From an uncultured Desulfobacterales bacterium (GTDB lineage: Bacteria; Desulfobacterota; DSM-4660; Desulfatiglandales; HGW-15): 64,000 bases of DNA. This document shows, piece by piece, positions 55,961 to 64,000 of this stretch; position 1 is the stretch's first letter, and every line of letters begins with the position of its first letter. The notes under the pieces were generated by a model. The model saw nothing but the letters and a program-made list of their open reading frames with translations. It had not been told where the DNA came from and searched no databases. A program made the position numbers and the translations under genes. The DNA lies in contig CAYPSZ010000275.1 of assembly GCA_964413125.1 (NCBI GenBank), positions 10,397 through 74,396 on the forward strand. The letters run 5' to 3'.

Positions 55961-57325
55961 ATGAAAAAACATGCTCGAATCGTTTACGTGTGCCAAGCTT
56001 GTGGTTATCAGGCACCCAAATGGATGGGCCGGTGTCCGGACTGTAACCAGTGGGACACCCTTGTGGAGGAGCATGCCTTCCCAGCCCAAGGCAAAGCCGG
56101 AACGAATCGTGCGGGAATGGACATGCATCCCGTATCTCTGGGCGAAATCTCCCTCGACAGGGAACTCAGATGGCAAAGCGGCATTTCTGAGTTGGATCGT
56201 GCCCTGGGAGGCGGCCTTGTCCCGGGATCCATGGTCCTGGTGGGAGGAGAACCAGGGATCGGCAAGTCCACCATGCTTCTTCAGGCGGCCGGGCACTACT
56301 CACTTGGGGGGTTCCTCTGCTTCTACCTGTCCGGTGAGGAGTCCTCGCAGCAGATCAGACTTCGGGCCGACCGTTTGTCTATCGGTTCACAGAAGCTCTA
56401 CGTGGCTACGGGCACACTGCTGGAGGATCTCATTAAGGCCCTGGCCGAGCTCAAGCCGGATATACTCATAGTGGACTCGATTCAGACTCTTCAGACGGAA
56501 ACCTTACCCTCCGCCCCCGGGAGCGTGGGCCAGGTTCGTGAGGTGTCCGCCCGCCTCATGTCCTGGGCCAAGGAGTCCGGCACCCCGACATTTCTCGTGG
56601 GGCATGTCACCAAGGAAGGAGCCATCGCAGGCCCCAAGGTGCTGGAGCACATGGTTGACACGGTGCTCTACTTTGAAGGGGACCGTAGTCATGCTTTTCG
56701 AATTCTTCGCTCGGTCAAAAACCGCTATGGCCCCACCAACGAGATAGGCGTATTCGAGATGACCGAAACCGGCCTCATGGAAGTGGGTAACCCGTCCCGC
56801 ATCTTTCTGGAGGAGCGTCCCCAGGGGGCCTCGGGCTCTGTGGTGATACCCTGCCTTGAGGGGACAAGGCCCGTGCTGGTTGAAATCCAGGCACTGGTGG
56901 GTCCCAGCCCGCTGGGGGTCCCCAGACGCACCGCCATAGGTGTGGACCCCAACAGGATCTCCCTTCTGGTGGCTGTGATCGGTAAGCGCATGGGAATGGA
57001 GATGGGGGGCCAGGACATCTTCGTAAACGTGGCAGGAGGCCTGAGAGTTGATGAGCCGGCGGCCGACCTGGGCATTGTGGCGGCCTTGACCTCCAGCTTC
57101 CTTGACAAGCCTGTGCCTATTGAGATGGTTGCATTTGGAGAGGTGGGACTGGCGGGAGAAGTGCGGGGCGTGAGCCAACCGGAGATCCGGATCAGGGAGG
57201 CCTTAAAACTGGGATTCAGCCGCTGCCTGCTCTCACGGGGCAATATGTCCGGCGTAGGTGCGGTGGACGGCATAACAACACAAGGTATCGAGTCGGTTGC
57301 CCAGCTTCCCCAACTGCTATGGTGA
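55961..57325 (+). CDS. radA: DNA repair protein RadA
   Basis: N-terminal Zn-finger (CQACGYQAPKWMGRCPDCNQW), Walker A GGEPGIGKST, KNRYGPTNE (KNRFG motif), and a Lon-like C-domain. ATG at 55961 after GGAGG. Confidence 0.95.
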   Translation: MKKHARIVYVCQACGYQAPKWMGRCPDCNQWDTLVEEHAFPAQGKAGTNRAGMDMHPVSLGEISLDRELRWQSGISELDRALGGGLVPGSMVLVGGEPGIGKSTMLLQAAGHYSLGGFLCFYLSGEESSQQIRLRADRLSIGSQKLYVATGTLLEDLIKALAELKPDILIVDSIQTLQTETLPSAPGSVGQVREVSARLMSWAKESGTPTFLVGHVTKEGAIAGPKVLEHMVDTVLYFEGDRSHAFRILRSVKNRYGPTNEIGVFEMTETGLMEVGNPSRIFLEERPQGASGSVVIPCLEGTRPVLVEIQALVGPSPLGVPRRTAIGVDPNRISLLVAVIGKRMGMEMGGQDIFVNVAGGLRVDEPAADLGIVAALTSSFLDKPVPIEMVAFGEVGLAGEVRGVSQPEIRIREALKLGFSRCLLSRGNMSGVGAVDGITTQGIESVAQLPQLLW

Positions 57326-57374
57326 GTTATCCCCGTTTCGGCTCATGCCTAAGACCAAAGAGGAGGCATAAGCG

Positions 57375-58901
57375 ATGCCTGCCGTAAAAAGATCCAACCG
57401 CTCGGATATGAAAACAGCCTCAGGAACCCACTTCATCCCCAAGGTGCCTGAAATCAGGATAAAAAAGGCCAACAGGGCCGATGCCGACGCTCGCGGAAGC
57501 TACGTCCTTTACTGGATGACAGCTTACAGAAGGGTGGAATACAATTACAGCCTCCAAAGGGCCGCTGAGTGGTGCCGTGAGCTGAAAAAGCCGCTCTTGA
57601 TACTCGAGGCGCTGAGGTGCGGCTATCAGTGGGCAAGCCGCCGACTTCACCGCTTCATTATACAGGGCATGCTTGATAATGCCTCCGGTATCGAGGGCAA
57701 GAACGTCCTTTACTATCCTTATCTGGAGCCCGAACACGGCAGCGGGAAAGGGCTCTTGGATTCACTGTCCAAGGATGCCTGTGTTGTGGTCACCGATGAT
57801 TTCCCGTGTTTTTTCATACCCCGCATGATCAGGGCGGCATCCGGAATGATCCCCGTCGCTTTTGAGCTGGTGGACTCCAACGGTATACTTCCCATGCGGG
57901 CGGGGGCGCAGGAATTCAAGACAGCTTATTCATTCAGGCGTTTCCTTCAGAAGGTCCTCCCCTCGCACCTGCTTGACCTGCCTCTTAAGAATCCTTTAAA
58001 AGAGATCCCTTCTTTGAGTAAACCCTCATTATCCCGCGAAGTATCAACAAGGTGGCCCGCCGTGCCTGTGGGGGATCTAAAGCTCGCTGCCGCTGATCCT
58101 TCCTCCTTTCCTGTTGATCACCGGGTGGGGGATGCCCTTTATACCGGAGGCAGAAAAGCGGGTCTGGACAGGATGCATGTCTTCATCGAAAACGGCCTTG
58201 CCCTTTATACTGATAGGCGCAACCAGCCGGAACTCGACGGGACCAGCGGTTTTTCACCCTATCTCCATTTCGGCCACATATCCGTCCATGAAGTCCTCAA
58301 GGGCATAATGGAAAAAGAATCGTGGTTCTTTGACAGGCTCGGGCCGGAGGTCAGAGGCAAAAAGAACGGCTGGTGGGGAATGAGTAAAGCATCGGAAGAC
58401 TTTCTGGATGAACTGGTAACCTGGAGGGAGCTGGGATTCAACATGTGCCGCCTGAGAGAAGACTATGACCGATATGAGTCGCTTCCGGACTGGGCGCAAA
58501 ACACCTTGTACCATCACAGACTGGATAAGAGAACTTACATCTATTCGCCGGATGAATTCGAATCAGGCGCTACTCACGACCCCCTGTGGAACGCCGCGCA
58601 GATGCAACTGGTAAGGGAGGGAAGGATTCATAATTACCTGCGGATGCTATGGGGCAAAAAAATTCTCGAGTGGTCCGCCTCACCCCGGGATGCCCTCGAT
58701 ACAATGATAATGCTCAACAACAAGTACGCTGTGGATGGAAGAGATCCAAACTCTTACAGCGGCATTTTCTGGACACTGGGAAGGTACGACAGGGCTTGGG
58801 GCCCTGAAAGGCGGATCTTTGGAAAAATAAGGTATATGAGTTCGGAAAACACCGCGCGCAAGGTCGGGGTAAAAAGATATTTAAGTTGGTATGCTCCATG
58901 A
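57375..58901 (+). CDS. Deoxyribodipyrimidine photolyase, class II
   Basis: YVLYWMTAYRR, SPYLHFGHIS, WNAAQMQL...GRIHNYLRMLWGKKILEW and GRDPNSYSGIFWTLGRYDRAWGPERRIFGKIRYMS are hallmark class II CPD-photolyase blocks. Confidence 0.9.
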   Translation: MPAVKRSNRSDMKTASGTHFIPKVPEIRIKKANRADADARGSYVLYWMTAYRRVEYNYSLQRAAEWCRELKKPLLILEALRCGYQWASRRLHRFIIQGMLDNASGIEGKNVLYYPYLEPEHGSGKGLLDSLSKDACVVVTDDFPCFFIPRMIRAASGMIPVAFELVDSNGILPMRAGAQEFKTAYSFRRFLQKVLPSHLLDLPLKNPLKEIPSLSKPSLSREVSTRWPAVPVGDLKLAAADPSSFPVDHRVGDALYTGGRKAGLDRMHVFIENGLALYTDRRNQPELDGTSGFSPYLHFGHISVHEVLKGIMEKESWFFDRLGPEVRGKKNGWWGMSKASEDFLDELVTWRELGFNMCRLREDYDRYESLPDWAQNTLYHHRLDKRTYIYSPDEFESGATHDPLWNAAQMQLVREGRIHNYLRMLWGKKILEWSASPRDALDTMIMLNNKYAVDGRDPNSYSGIFWTLGRYDRAWGPERRIFGKIRYMSSENTARKVGVKRYLSWYAP

Positions 58902-59016
58902 ACAGCATGCAATCCTGCCGCAGACACCATAGCCGGTGCAGAACCCATTTGATTTTTTCGTATTTGATTCCGGAATTAATTGATCTCAGTGCTTGACGGG
59001 TCCAACGGAGTCGCTG

Positions 59017-59739
59017 ATGCGCAGCTACCGAATACCACTGCCGACTAAGCAACATGAAGAATACCTGGAGAAATATCTTATCTGGGAGTTTTTTGACTTT
59101 TCCCGGACCGGTTTTTTTCTGGAAGTCGGGGCTTTTCATTCCATCCTGCTTTCCCAGACCTGGCTACTGGAAAAGGTGGGTTGGAAAGGTATCCTCATCG
59201 AGCCCAACCCCGATCAAGCCCGGGAACTGCTCGCCAATCGTCCGGCGTCCATCGTACACCAGGTGGCCGTCAGCTCTCCCGACAAGACCGGTACCGCACC
59301 GTTTTACGTGAACAAGGAGTATTCCTCCCTGTCTCCCAACTTAATGGACAATACAAGGGGATACGAAAAAGAGATCACCGTATCCGTGACTACGCTGGAT
59401 GAACTCCTGGAACGGGAAGGGAATCCTGCGGTGGATTTCATGTCCATTGACGTGGAGGGAACTGAACTGGATTGTCTGAGAGGCTTTTCCATCAACAGGC
59501 ATCGCCCAGGACTGATCATTACCGAGGACGTGGTGCTGGCGCTTGATCTGCACAGGTATCTTTTGTCTCATGGATACCGATTGTTCCGGCGGATTCAATG
59601 GGAAAACTGGTACGTCCCCAGTGACAGCGGCAGGCGCGCCCCTTTTGCCGAACGATTGAGATTGTTCCGGAAAATGTACCTGGGAACACCCCTTCGGGCC
59701 TGGAGATTCAAGCGGGAAAAGGCGAGGCTTGGAAAATGA
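59017..59739 (+). CDS. FkbM-family methyltransferase
   Basis: FFLEVGAF...GWKGILIEPNP, FMSIDVEGTELDCLRG. ATG at 59017; the listed ORF begins at TTG 58993. Confidence 0.75.
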   Translation: MRSYRIPLPTKQHEEYLEKYLIWEFFDFSRTGFFLEVGAFHSILLSQTWLLEKVGWKGILIEPNPDQARELLANRPASIVHQVAVSSPDKTGTAPFYVNKEYSSLSPNLMDNTRGYEKEITVSVTTLDELLEREGNPAVDFMSIDVEGTELDCLRGFSINRHRPGLIITEDVVLALDLHRYLLSHGYRLFRRIQWENWYVPSDSGRRAPFAERLRLFRKMYLGTPLRAWRFKREKARLGK

Positions 59740-59793
59740 ATGCCTCCGCGCCAACAAGCCCGAATCAACGCTCCCTCACTCATTGGGCTGGAG

Positions 59794-62700
59794 CTAGCGC
59801 AAAGGCAGCGTCTCGAAAGGAAGCCCAAGGGCCTCGGCTGTATTGCGCAGCGATGTTTCCAAATCGATCCGGCCTCCGTCTTTCTGCGGAACCTGAATGG
59901 TTCGGTCCCCCACCACAATTATCTGGAGCTTGGCCGGGTCCAGATAGGTCCGGGCAAGGCGGGTAAGGTCCTCCGGCGATGCATCCATGTAGGCCTCCTG
60001 GATGCGCTCCAGGGTGTCCAGCGGCTCCCCGCGAAGATGGTAACGGGCATAGACCTCGGTAAGGGCGCCGGCATTGTCCACATTGAACACGAAACTGTTG
60101 AGTGCGTCCAGCCGCTTCCTCTCCAGCTCATCCGATGGAATCCCGCGGCGAAGGTCCTCCATGAGGTTTACGGCCTGCTCGATCGCCTCTGAGGTGCTGT
60201 CGCCCTTGCAACCCATGAAGCCCGCTATCCAGCCCGCCTTCCACTTAAACCTCTGATGAAAATAGGCCGAATATACCAGTCCGAGATCGTCTCTGAGGCG
60301 GCGAAATACAAGGGAGTCCCTTCCTCCGAGAATGCTGACCAGGAGGTTGGTCTTCCAGTAGTCCGGATCTTTTCGAAGGGGCCCTGGCAGGGCCATGGCA
60401 ACATGGCTCTGGACTTGGCCCGGTTTGTGTATGAAACCCAGCACCGGAGCTGACGGCCCGGGAACGGCCAGCTCACGCTCAGGCGGTATCTCCTTTCCTT
60501 TCAATGACTTCAGAAGGCGTCTCAGGCCTGCCAGTGCCTCCTCCCGGCTCAGGTCTCCGGAGACGGCCGCCACCATGTTGGATGGAACCAGGTGCTCATT
60601 GAGGAACATATACAAGTCATGTCTCGTAATCCCGGGAATGGTTTCAAGACCCTTGAGCGGATCGCGACCATAAGGGTGATCCTGAAAGTGCCTTATCTCG
60701 AGTTCCCTCCGGCTCACCACCTGGGCACTGCCTGCCTGCCGCCCGAGACCGGTCAGGATTCGAGAGCGGGATGCCTCGAGGACCACCGGGTCGAATCGGG
60801 GCCGGGCAAGTATCTCTTCTAAGACCTCAATGGCATCTTCCCATTTCTCCCGCATTACGGTAAGCCTGATCACCGTTTCTTCTTCCTTCACGGAAAAGGA
60901 CAACTGTATGGCGTGCTCATCCAAAAGGGCCGCAAGTTCTTCAGGACTGTGCATCTCGGTACCACCCTGGACGAGGCTTGAATTCAGCATGCTTGCCAGG
61001 CCTGTCTTGTCCTCGGACACGTCCACCATCCCAGCCTTGACCAGAATGGTGAGGTCCGCAAGAGGCAGTTCGCGATCCGGCAGATAAAAGACTTGCGCCT
61101 CTTTTACAATGGCGGTCTCGGCATTGGGATAGGTTATCCGGGCGGGTTCACGCTCAAAGGATAGGGGGTGCCTCCACCCCGGCGGCGTAGGGTATTCCGA
61201 GTGATTGGAGAGGTCATCGGGTCTTTTTACAATACCCGCCGCGGATGCGCTGAATGAGCGATCTTCTTGGTAAGGCTCGGACGGCTCCTCCTTGTCTCCT
61301 CCCGGTATGACATAGCAGGTGGTGCGGTTTTGCTCACTGAGATATTTTCGGGCCACACGCGTGACGTCTTCGGGGGTGACGGCCTCTATTCTATCCAGGT
61401 AATCTTCCAGGTAGGGCCATCCGGTCTGGACCTCCATGGTGGCCAGAGTCCCGGCCAGTTCTTCGTTGCTGCGGAGCCTTGTCAGGAAATCGTAACGAGC
61501 CAGGTTCCTTACCCGCTCCAGTTCCCGTTGGGTCACGGGCTCCTCCTGGATAAGCTCCACCTCGGCCAGAAGCAGCGCCTCCAGATCCCTGCAGGCTTCC
61601 ATATAGGCTTCCTTGGGATCTGCTGCATCCGGATCCCCTCCCTTGAATGCTTGGGGGTCATTGGGGGTCCCTCCCAGGATCACCGTTCCACCGTAGCGGT
61701 TATCCGGGCTATAGGCCCAAGCGCTCATTGCCAGACCCTTTTTGACAATGTTCTGAGTCATACGAGCCCCCCGCCCATGGCTCAGAACCATGGTCATGAC
61801 ATCCAGGGCGTAGAAATCATCAGTGCCCATTGATGCTCCATGGTGCCCGGCCAGAACAATGGGGGTACGCGCCCCTTCAAGAAAGCGCAGGATTCGGCGC
61901 GGTCCCCGCTGAGGCTCATTCTGAGTCACCTGCTCGGTTGCTCGCTCACCCGCCGGGTAGCGGGAAAAATAGATTTCCGCCAGTCTCTTGACTTCCTCCG
62001 TTTTCACATCACCCACGAGCACGGCCACCGTGTTTGAGGGATTGTAGTATTTCTCGTGAAAGGCCTCAGCATCCGAGGCGCTGAACCGGTCAATATCCCA
62101 TTTCCAGCCTATGGTAGGGTTCCTGTACGGGTGGGCTGAGTGGAGGGCTGCGTGCAGTGCAAGCCAACCTGCACCGGATGGACTGTTTACGTACCGGTAG
62201 GCCCATTCACGTTTGACAACCTCCTTCTCCACGTAGAATTCCCTAAGGGCAGGCTCAAAGACCTGCTCGCTCACCATGGAGAACCACAACTCCAACATAT
62301 CCGATGGAAGGGACATGACGTACTGGGTCTGGTCTTTGCTGGTGAAGGCGTTTACGCCCACTGCTCCGTTCCGGCCGAGATGCATTGAAAAGGCCTGGGG
62401 AACATAGATTTCCTGGACCTCCTTCCGAAGCCGCGCCATCTCATCAAGCTTTTTCTCAATCACCTCGGGATCCGGGTTGCGTTTGTTTTGCTCCGCCAGA
62501 ACCACGTGGTAGGCCTGTTCTATGTTTCGCTGCAGCTCCCTGTCCCGCTCCTGGTCCAGGGTCCCGAAGTTCCTGGTCCCTTTGAACAACATATGCTCCA
62601 GCATATGGGCGATACCGGTTTTCCCGCGTTCCTCCAGAGCCGAGCCCGCTCGAACAGCCAGGCGAAAGGCGATCTGGGGAGTCGTATCCCTCTCCACCAC

Positions 62701-62871
62701 CAGAAAAAGCATGCCGTTTTCAAGAGTGAAGGAGCGAACCTCCACCCCCAGGCCTTGAGAGGCTGACGACCCTTGCGCAAGCCCTGTCAGGCAAAACAGC
62801 AGAAACGCCGGTATTATAAGCCTCAGAAGTTTGTGGGCATATTTCACATTCATCATCCGTAAATACCTCAT
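59794..62871 (-). CDS. Exported M16-family (pitrilysin/insulinase-like) zinc peptidase, duplicated two-unit form
   Basis: Signal peptide. HxxEH zinc motif (GIAHMLEHMLFKGT) in the first unit, and a second M16 unit without it. The ATG at 62871 shares one base with the stop of the upstream CBS gene (TGATG). Confidence 0.9.
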   Translation of the reverse strand: MRYLRMMNVKYAHKLLRLIIPAFLLFCLTGLAQGSSASQGLGVEVRSFTLENGMLFLVVERDTTPQIAFRLAVRAGSALEERGKTGIAHMLEHMLFKGTRNFGTLDQERDRELQRNIEQAYHVVLAEQNKRNPDPEVIEKKLDEMARLRKEVQEIYVPQAFSMHLGRNGAVGVNAFTSKDQTQYVMSLPSDMLELWFSMVSEQVFEPALREFYVEKEVVKREWAYRYVNSPSGAGWLALHAALHSAHPYRNPTIGWKWDIDRFSASDAEAFHEKYYNPSNTVAVLVGDVKTEEVKRLAEIYFSRYPAGERATEQVTQNEPQRGPRRILRFLEGARTPIVLAGHHGASMGTDDFYALDVMTMVLSHGRGARMTQNIVKKGLAMSAWAYSPDNRYGGTVILGGTPNDPQAFKGGDPDAADPKEAYMEACRDLEALLLAEVELIQEEPVTQRELERVRNLARYDFLTRLRSNEELAGTLATMEVQTGWPYLEDYLDRIEAVTPEDVTRVARKYLSEQNRTTCYVIPGGDKEEPSEPYQEDRSFSASAAGIVKRPDDLSNHSEYPTPPGWRHPLSFEREPARITYPNAETAIVKEAQVFYLPDRELPLADLTILVKAGMVDVSEDKTGLASMLNSSLVQGGTEMHSPEELAALLDEHAIQLSFSVKEEETVIRLTVMREKWEDAIEVLEEILARPRFDPVVLEASRSRILTGLGRQAGSAQVVSRRELEIRHFQDHPYGRDPLKGLETIPGITRHDLYMFLNEHLVPSNMVAAVSGDLSREEALAGLRRLLKSLKGKEIPPERELAVPGPSAPVLGFIHKPGQVQSHVAMALPGPLRKDPDYWKTNLLVSILGGRDSLVFRRLRDDLGLVYSAYFHQRFKWKAGWIAGFMGCKGDSTSEAIEQAVNLMEDLRRGIPSDELERKRLDALNSFVFNVDNAGALTEVYARYHLRGEPLDTLERIQEAYMDASPEDLTRLARTYLDPAKLQIIVVGDRTIQVPQKDGGRIDLETSLRNTAEALGLPFETLPLR

Positions 62872-63476
62872 CAATCCATGGCGGCAACCACATCGAAGCC
62901 CTCAGCCTTCAAAGCCTTTCGAATACGGTCTGTTTTACAGGCGGCCAGGCGAAAATAATATATGCGTTTCTGAAGGTCGTGGGCGGCCATGCCCACGTTG
63001 ATAACGTCGCCGCCGCTGTCGTTTATAACCCGGAGGGCCTTTTGAAACCCGCCGGGCTGGTTACCCACCGCCACATCCACACGGGAAGTTGCAGTCATCA
63101 CGCCCATCATGTCAATAAAGGCCCGCAGGATGTCGGACTCCGTGATGATACCCACCAGTTTCTTGCCTTTTACCACGGGCATCCCGCCGATCTTGTGCTT
63201 ATAAATATACTGGGCCGCGATCTCCACCTCATCTTCCGGACGCACGGTGATGGGCGTACTTATCATTAGATCCGCAAGTGACAGATCAGCAACCATTGAA
63301 GGGATCAATCCCTGCTTCAGGTCGGCCAGGGTGACGAAACCCTCCAAGTGGTTCCCCTTTGAAACTACCGGAAGGTGTCTTATGGAGTTGGTCTTCATGA
63401 CCCCTATGGCCTCTTCAATGGTGGTACCCTTCGGGATCGTGATGGGGTCGGGAATCATCAAATCACGAATTTTCAT
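62871..63476 (-). CDS. CBS-pair domain protein with ACT-like C-terminal domain (AcuB-like)
   Basis: Two CBS motifs (IRDLMIPDPITI...HLPVV; LADLMISTPITV...IGGMPVV), then a ~70-aa ACT-like tail. Confidence 0.85.
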   Translation of the reverse strand: MKIRDLMIPDPITIPKGTTIEEAIGVMKTNSIRHLPVVSKGNHLEGFVTLADLKQGLIPSMVADLSLADLMISTPITVRPEDEVEIAAQYIYKHKIGGMPVVKGKKLVGIITESDILRAFIDMMGVMTATSRVDVAVGNQPGGFQKALRVINDSGGDVINVGMAAHDLQKRIYYFRLAACKTDRIRKALKAEGFDVVAAMD

Positions 63477-63691
63477 TGCTGCCGCCTTTCCTGTTGAGGA
63501 CGGGGAACAGATCCTGCGCCGTCATTGGTTGCGGTTATTGTATTGTGGTTGGCCGAACGTGTCAAGGTGGGCGGGTGGCGGCGATTTCTACAAGGTCGTT
63601 ACCCTTTGGTCCATACATGGAGATCGCGCACAATGCTTCGTCTTGAGTTTTGGTGCTGCAACCGGTATAAGGTGGATTAGAGGAGGGATTA

Positions 63692-63853
63692 ATGGCAGCA
63701 GGCAGGTACATAGTGTGTGAACGCCGCAAATCAAGGCCGCGTCTGCAGATCCATGTATGCCTCCAATGCAGGTGGAAGAAGGGCTGCCGCGCCCTCATGG
63801 ACTTCCTGCAACCCTCGCTCTTTAAAATGCCCCGGGATACTACTACGAGATAG
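63692..63853 (+). CDS. Small Cys-containing ORF (53 aa), hypothetical
   Basis: ATG 5 nt after AGAGGAGGG. The product MAAGRYIVCERRKSRPRLQIHVCLQCRWKKGCRAL... has C-x12-CxxC-x6-C spacing. The stop codon abuts the hairpin AGTGCCCA...TGGGCACT. Below the track cut-off and with no homology recognised. Confidence 0.25.
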   Translation: MAAGRYIVCERRKSRPRLQIHVCLQCRWKKGCRALMDFLQPSLFKMPRDTTTR

Positions 63854-63856
63854 TGC

Positions 63857-63891
63857 CCATCCGGAAAGGCTTTTTGGGCACTGTGTAGTTT
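63857..63891 (+). repeat. 35-nt intergenic motif, copy X
   Basis: CCATCCGGAAAGGCTTTTTGGGCACTGTGTAGTTT, 34/35 identical to the minus strand of 38178-38212. Confidence 0.85.
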
Positions 63892-63921
63892 ACAATCCAG
63901 AAATGAGATAGGAATTCAGCC

Positions 63922-64000
63922 TTGAAACCGATAAAAGCAGTAGGATTCGATCTGTTCAATACGCTGGTTACGGTGGACAAGAACGCTCTTAAAGAAGCAG
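63922..64000 (+). CDS. 5' end of a HAD-superfamily hydrolase-like gene (partial, runs off window)
   Basis: The TTG at 63922 (AGGA 8 nt upstream) opens LKPIKAVGFDLFNTLVTVDKNALKEA. hhhFDxxxTL near the N-terminus resembles HAD motif I of the haloacid-dehalogenase-like subfamily (FDAYGTL). Confidence 0.4.
   Translation, partial: MKPIKAVGFDLFNTLVTVDKNALKEA

Noticed and set aside
1-64000. A search for CRISPR arrays, tRNA/rRNA/tmRNA/RNase P/SRP RNA genes, IS elements, integrases, prophage or defence-island genes (RT, nucleases, STAND/AAA+ ATPases, toxin-antitoxin pairs).
   Set aside because: I found none by eye or in the ORF track. All large ORFs are accounted for by housekeeping or metabolic families. 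Small structured RNAs cannot be excluded without covariance-model searches.

Overview
This is a moderately GC-rich, densely coding chromosomal segment with about 55 protein genes. I saw no rRNA, tRNA, CRISPR array, transposase, integrase or phage genes. All calls rest on motif-level reading of the supplied ORF translations and on checking start codons and SD sites in the DNA by eye; no database search was possible. Gene content (iorAB, GTP-type PEPCK, several acyl-CoA ligases and a CoA-transferase, BamD, class II photolyase) suggests a diderm, probably anaerobic Desulfobacterota-like organism, but that is inference only. Recognisable blocks are: an RhlE-like DEAD-box helicase; an Fe-ADH; proA; hisC and a PHP-type histidinol phosphatase; an amidohydrolase; iorA-iorB plus an acyl-CoA ligase; DedA; DUF362; a J-domain protein; glnS; a long-chain acyl-CoA ligase; a TraB-family/SagB-type pair plus an MBL hydrolase; a CaiB-family CoA-transferase behind a livKHMGF-type ABC operon; a nucleotide-sugar dehydrogenase; an MBL lactonase; pckG; DUF72; a 5'-nucleotidase; larC-pgpA-cinA-thpR-recA-alaS; trxA-trxB-bamD; radA; a class II photolyase; an FkbM methyltransferase; a 1026-aa double M16 peptidase; and a CBS protein. 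I did not find a clear-cut new multi-gene system, such as a defence-like ATPase/nuclease/RT cassette. Four things stand out. (1) The left ~7 kb is visibly scarred: it holds a collapsed 107-nt second copy of the helicase leader, an orphan sigma54-activator HTH fragment, and a frameshifted 5' stub of a recD2-like gene abutting the helicase 3' end. (2) A sigma54-style upstream architecture sits in front of an unlisted 38-codon membrane peptide and a 268-aa protein of no recognisable family. (3) A 35-nt motif is repeated at 34/35 identity in two unrelated intergenic regions. (4) A predicted TraB/Tiki-type metalloprotease is translationally coupled to a SagB-type dehydrogenase, with no YcaO or precursor peptide nearby.
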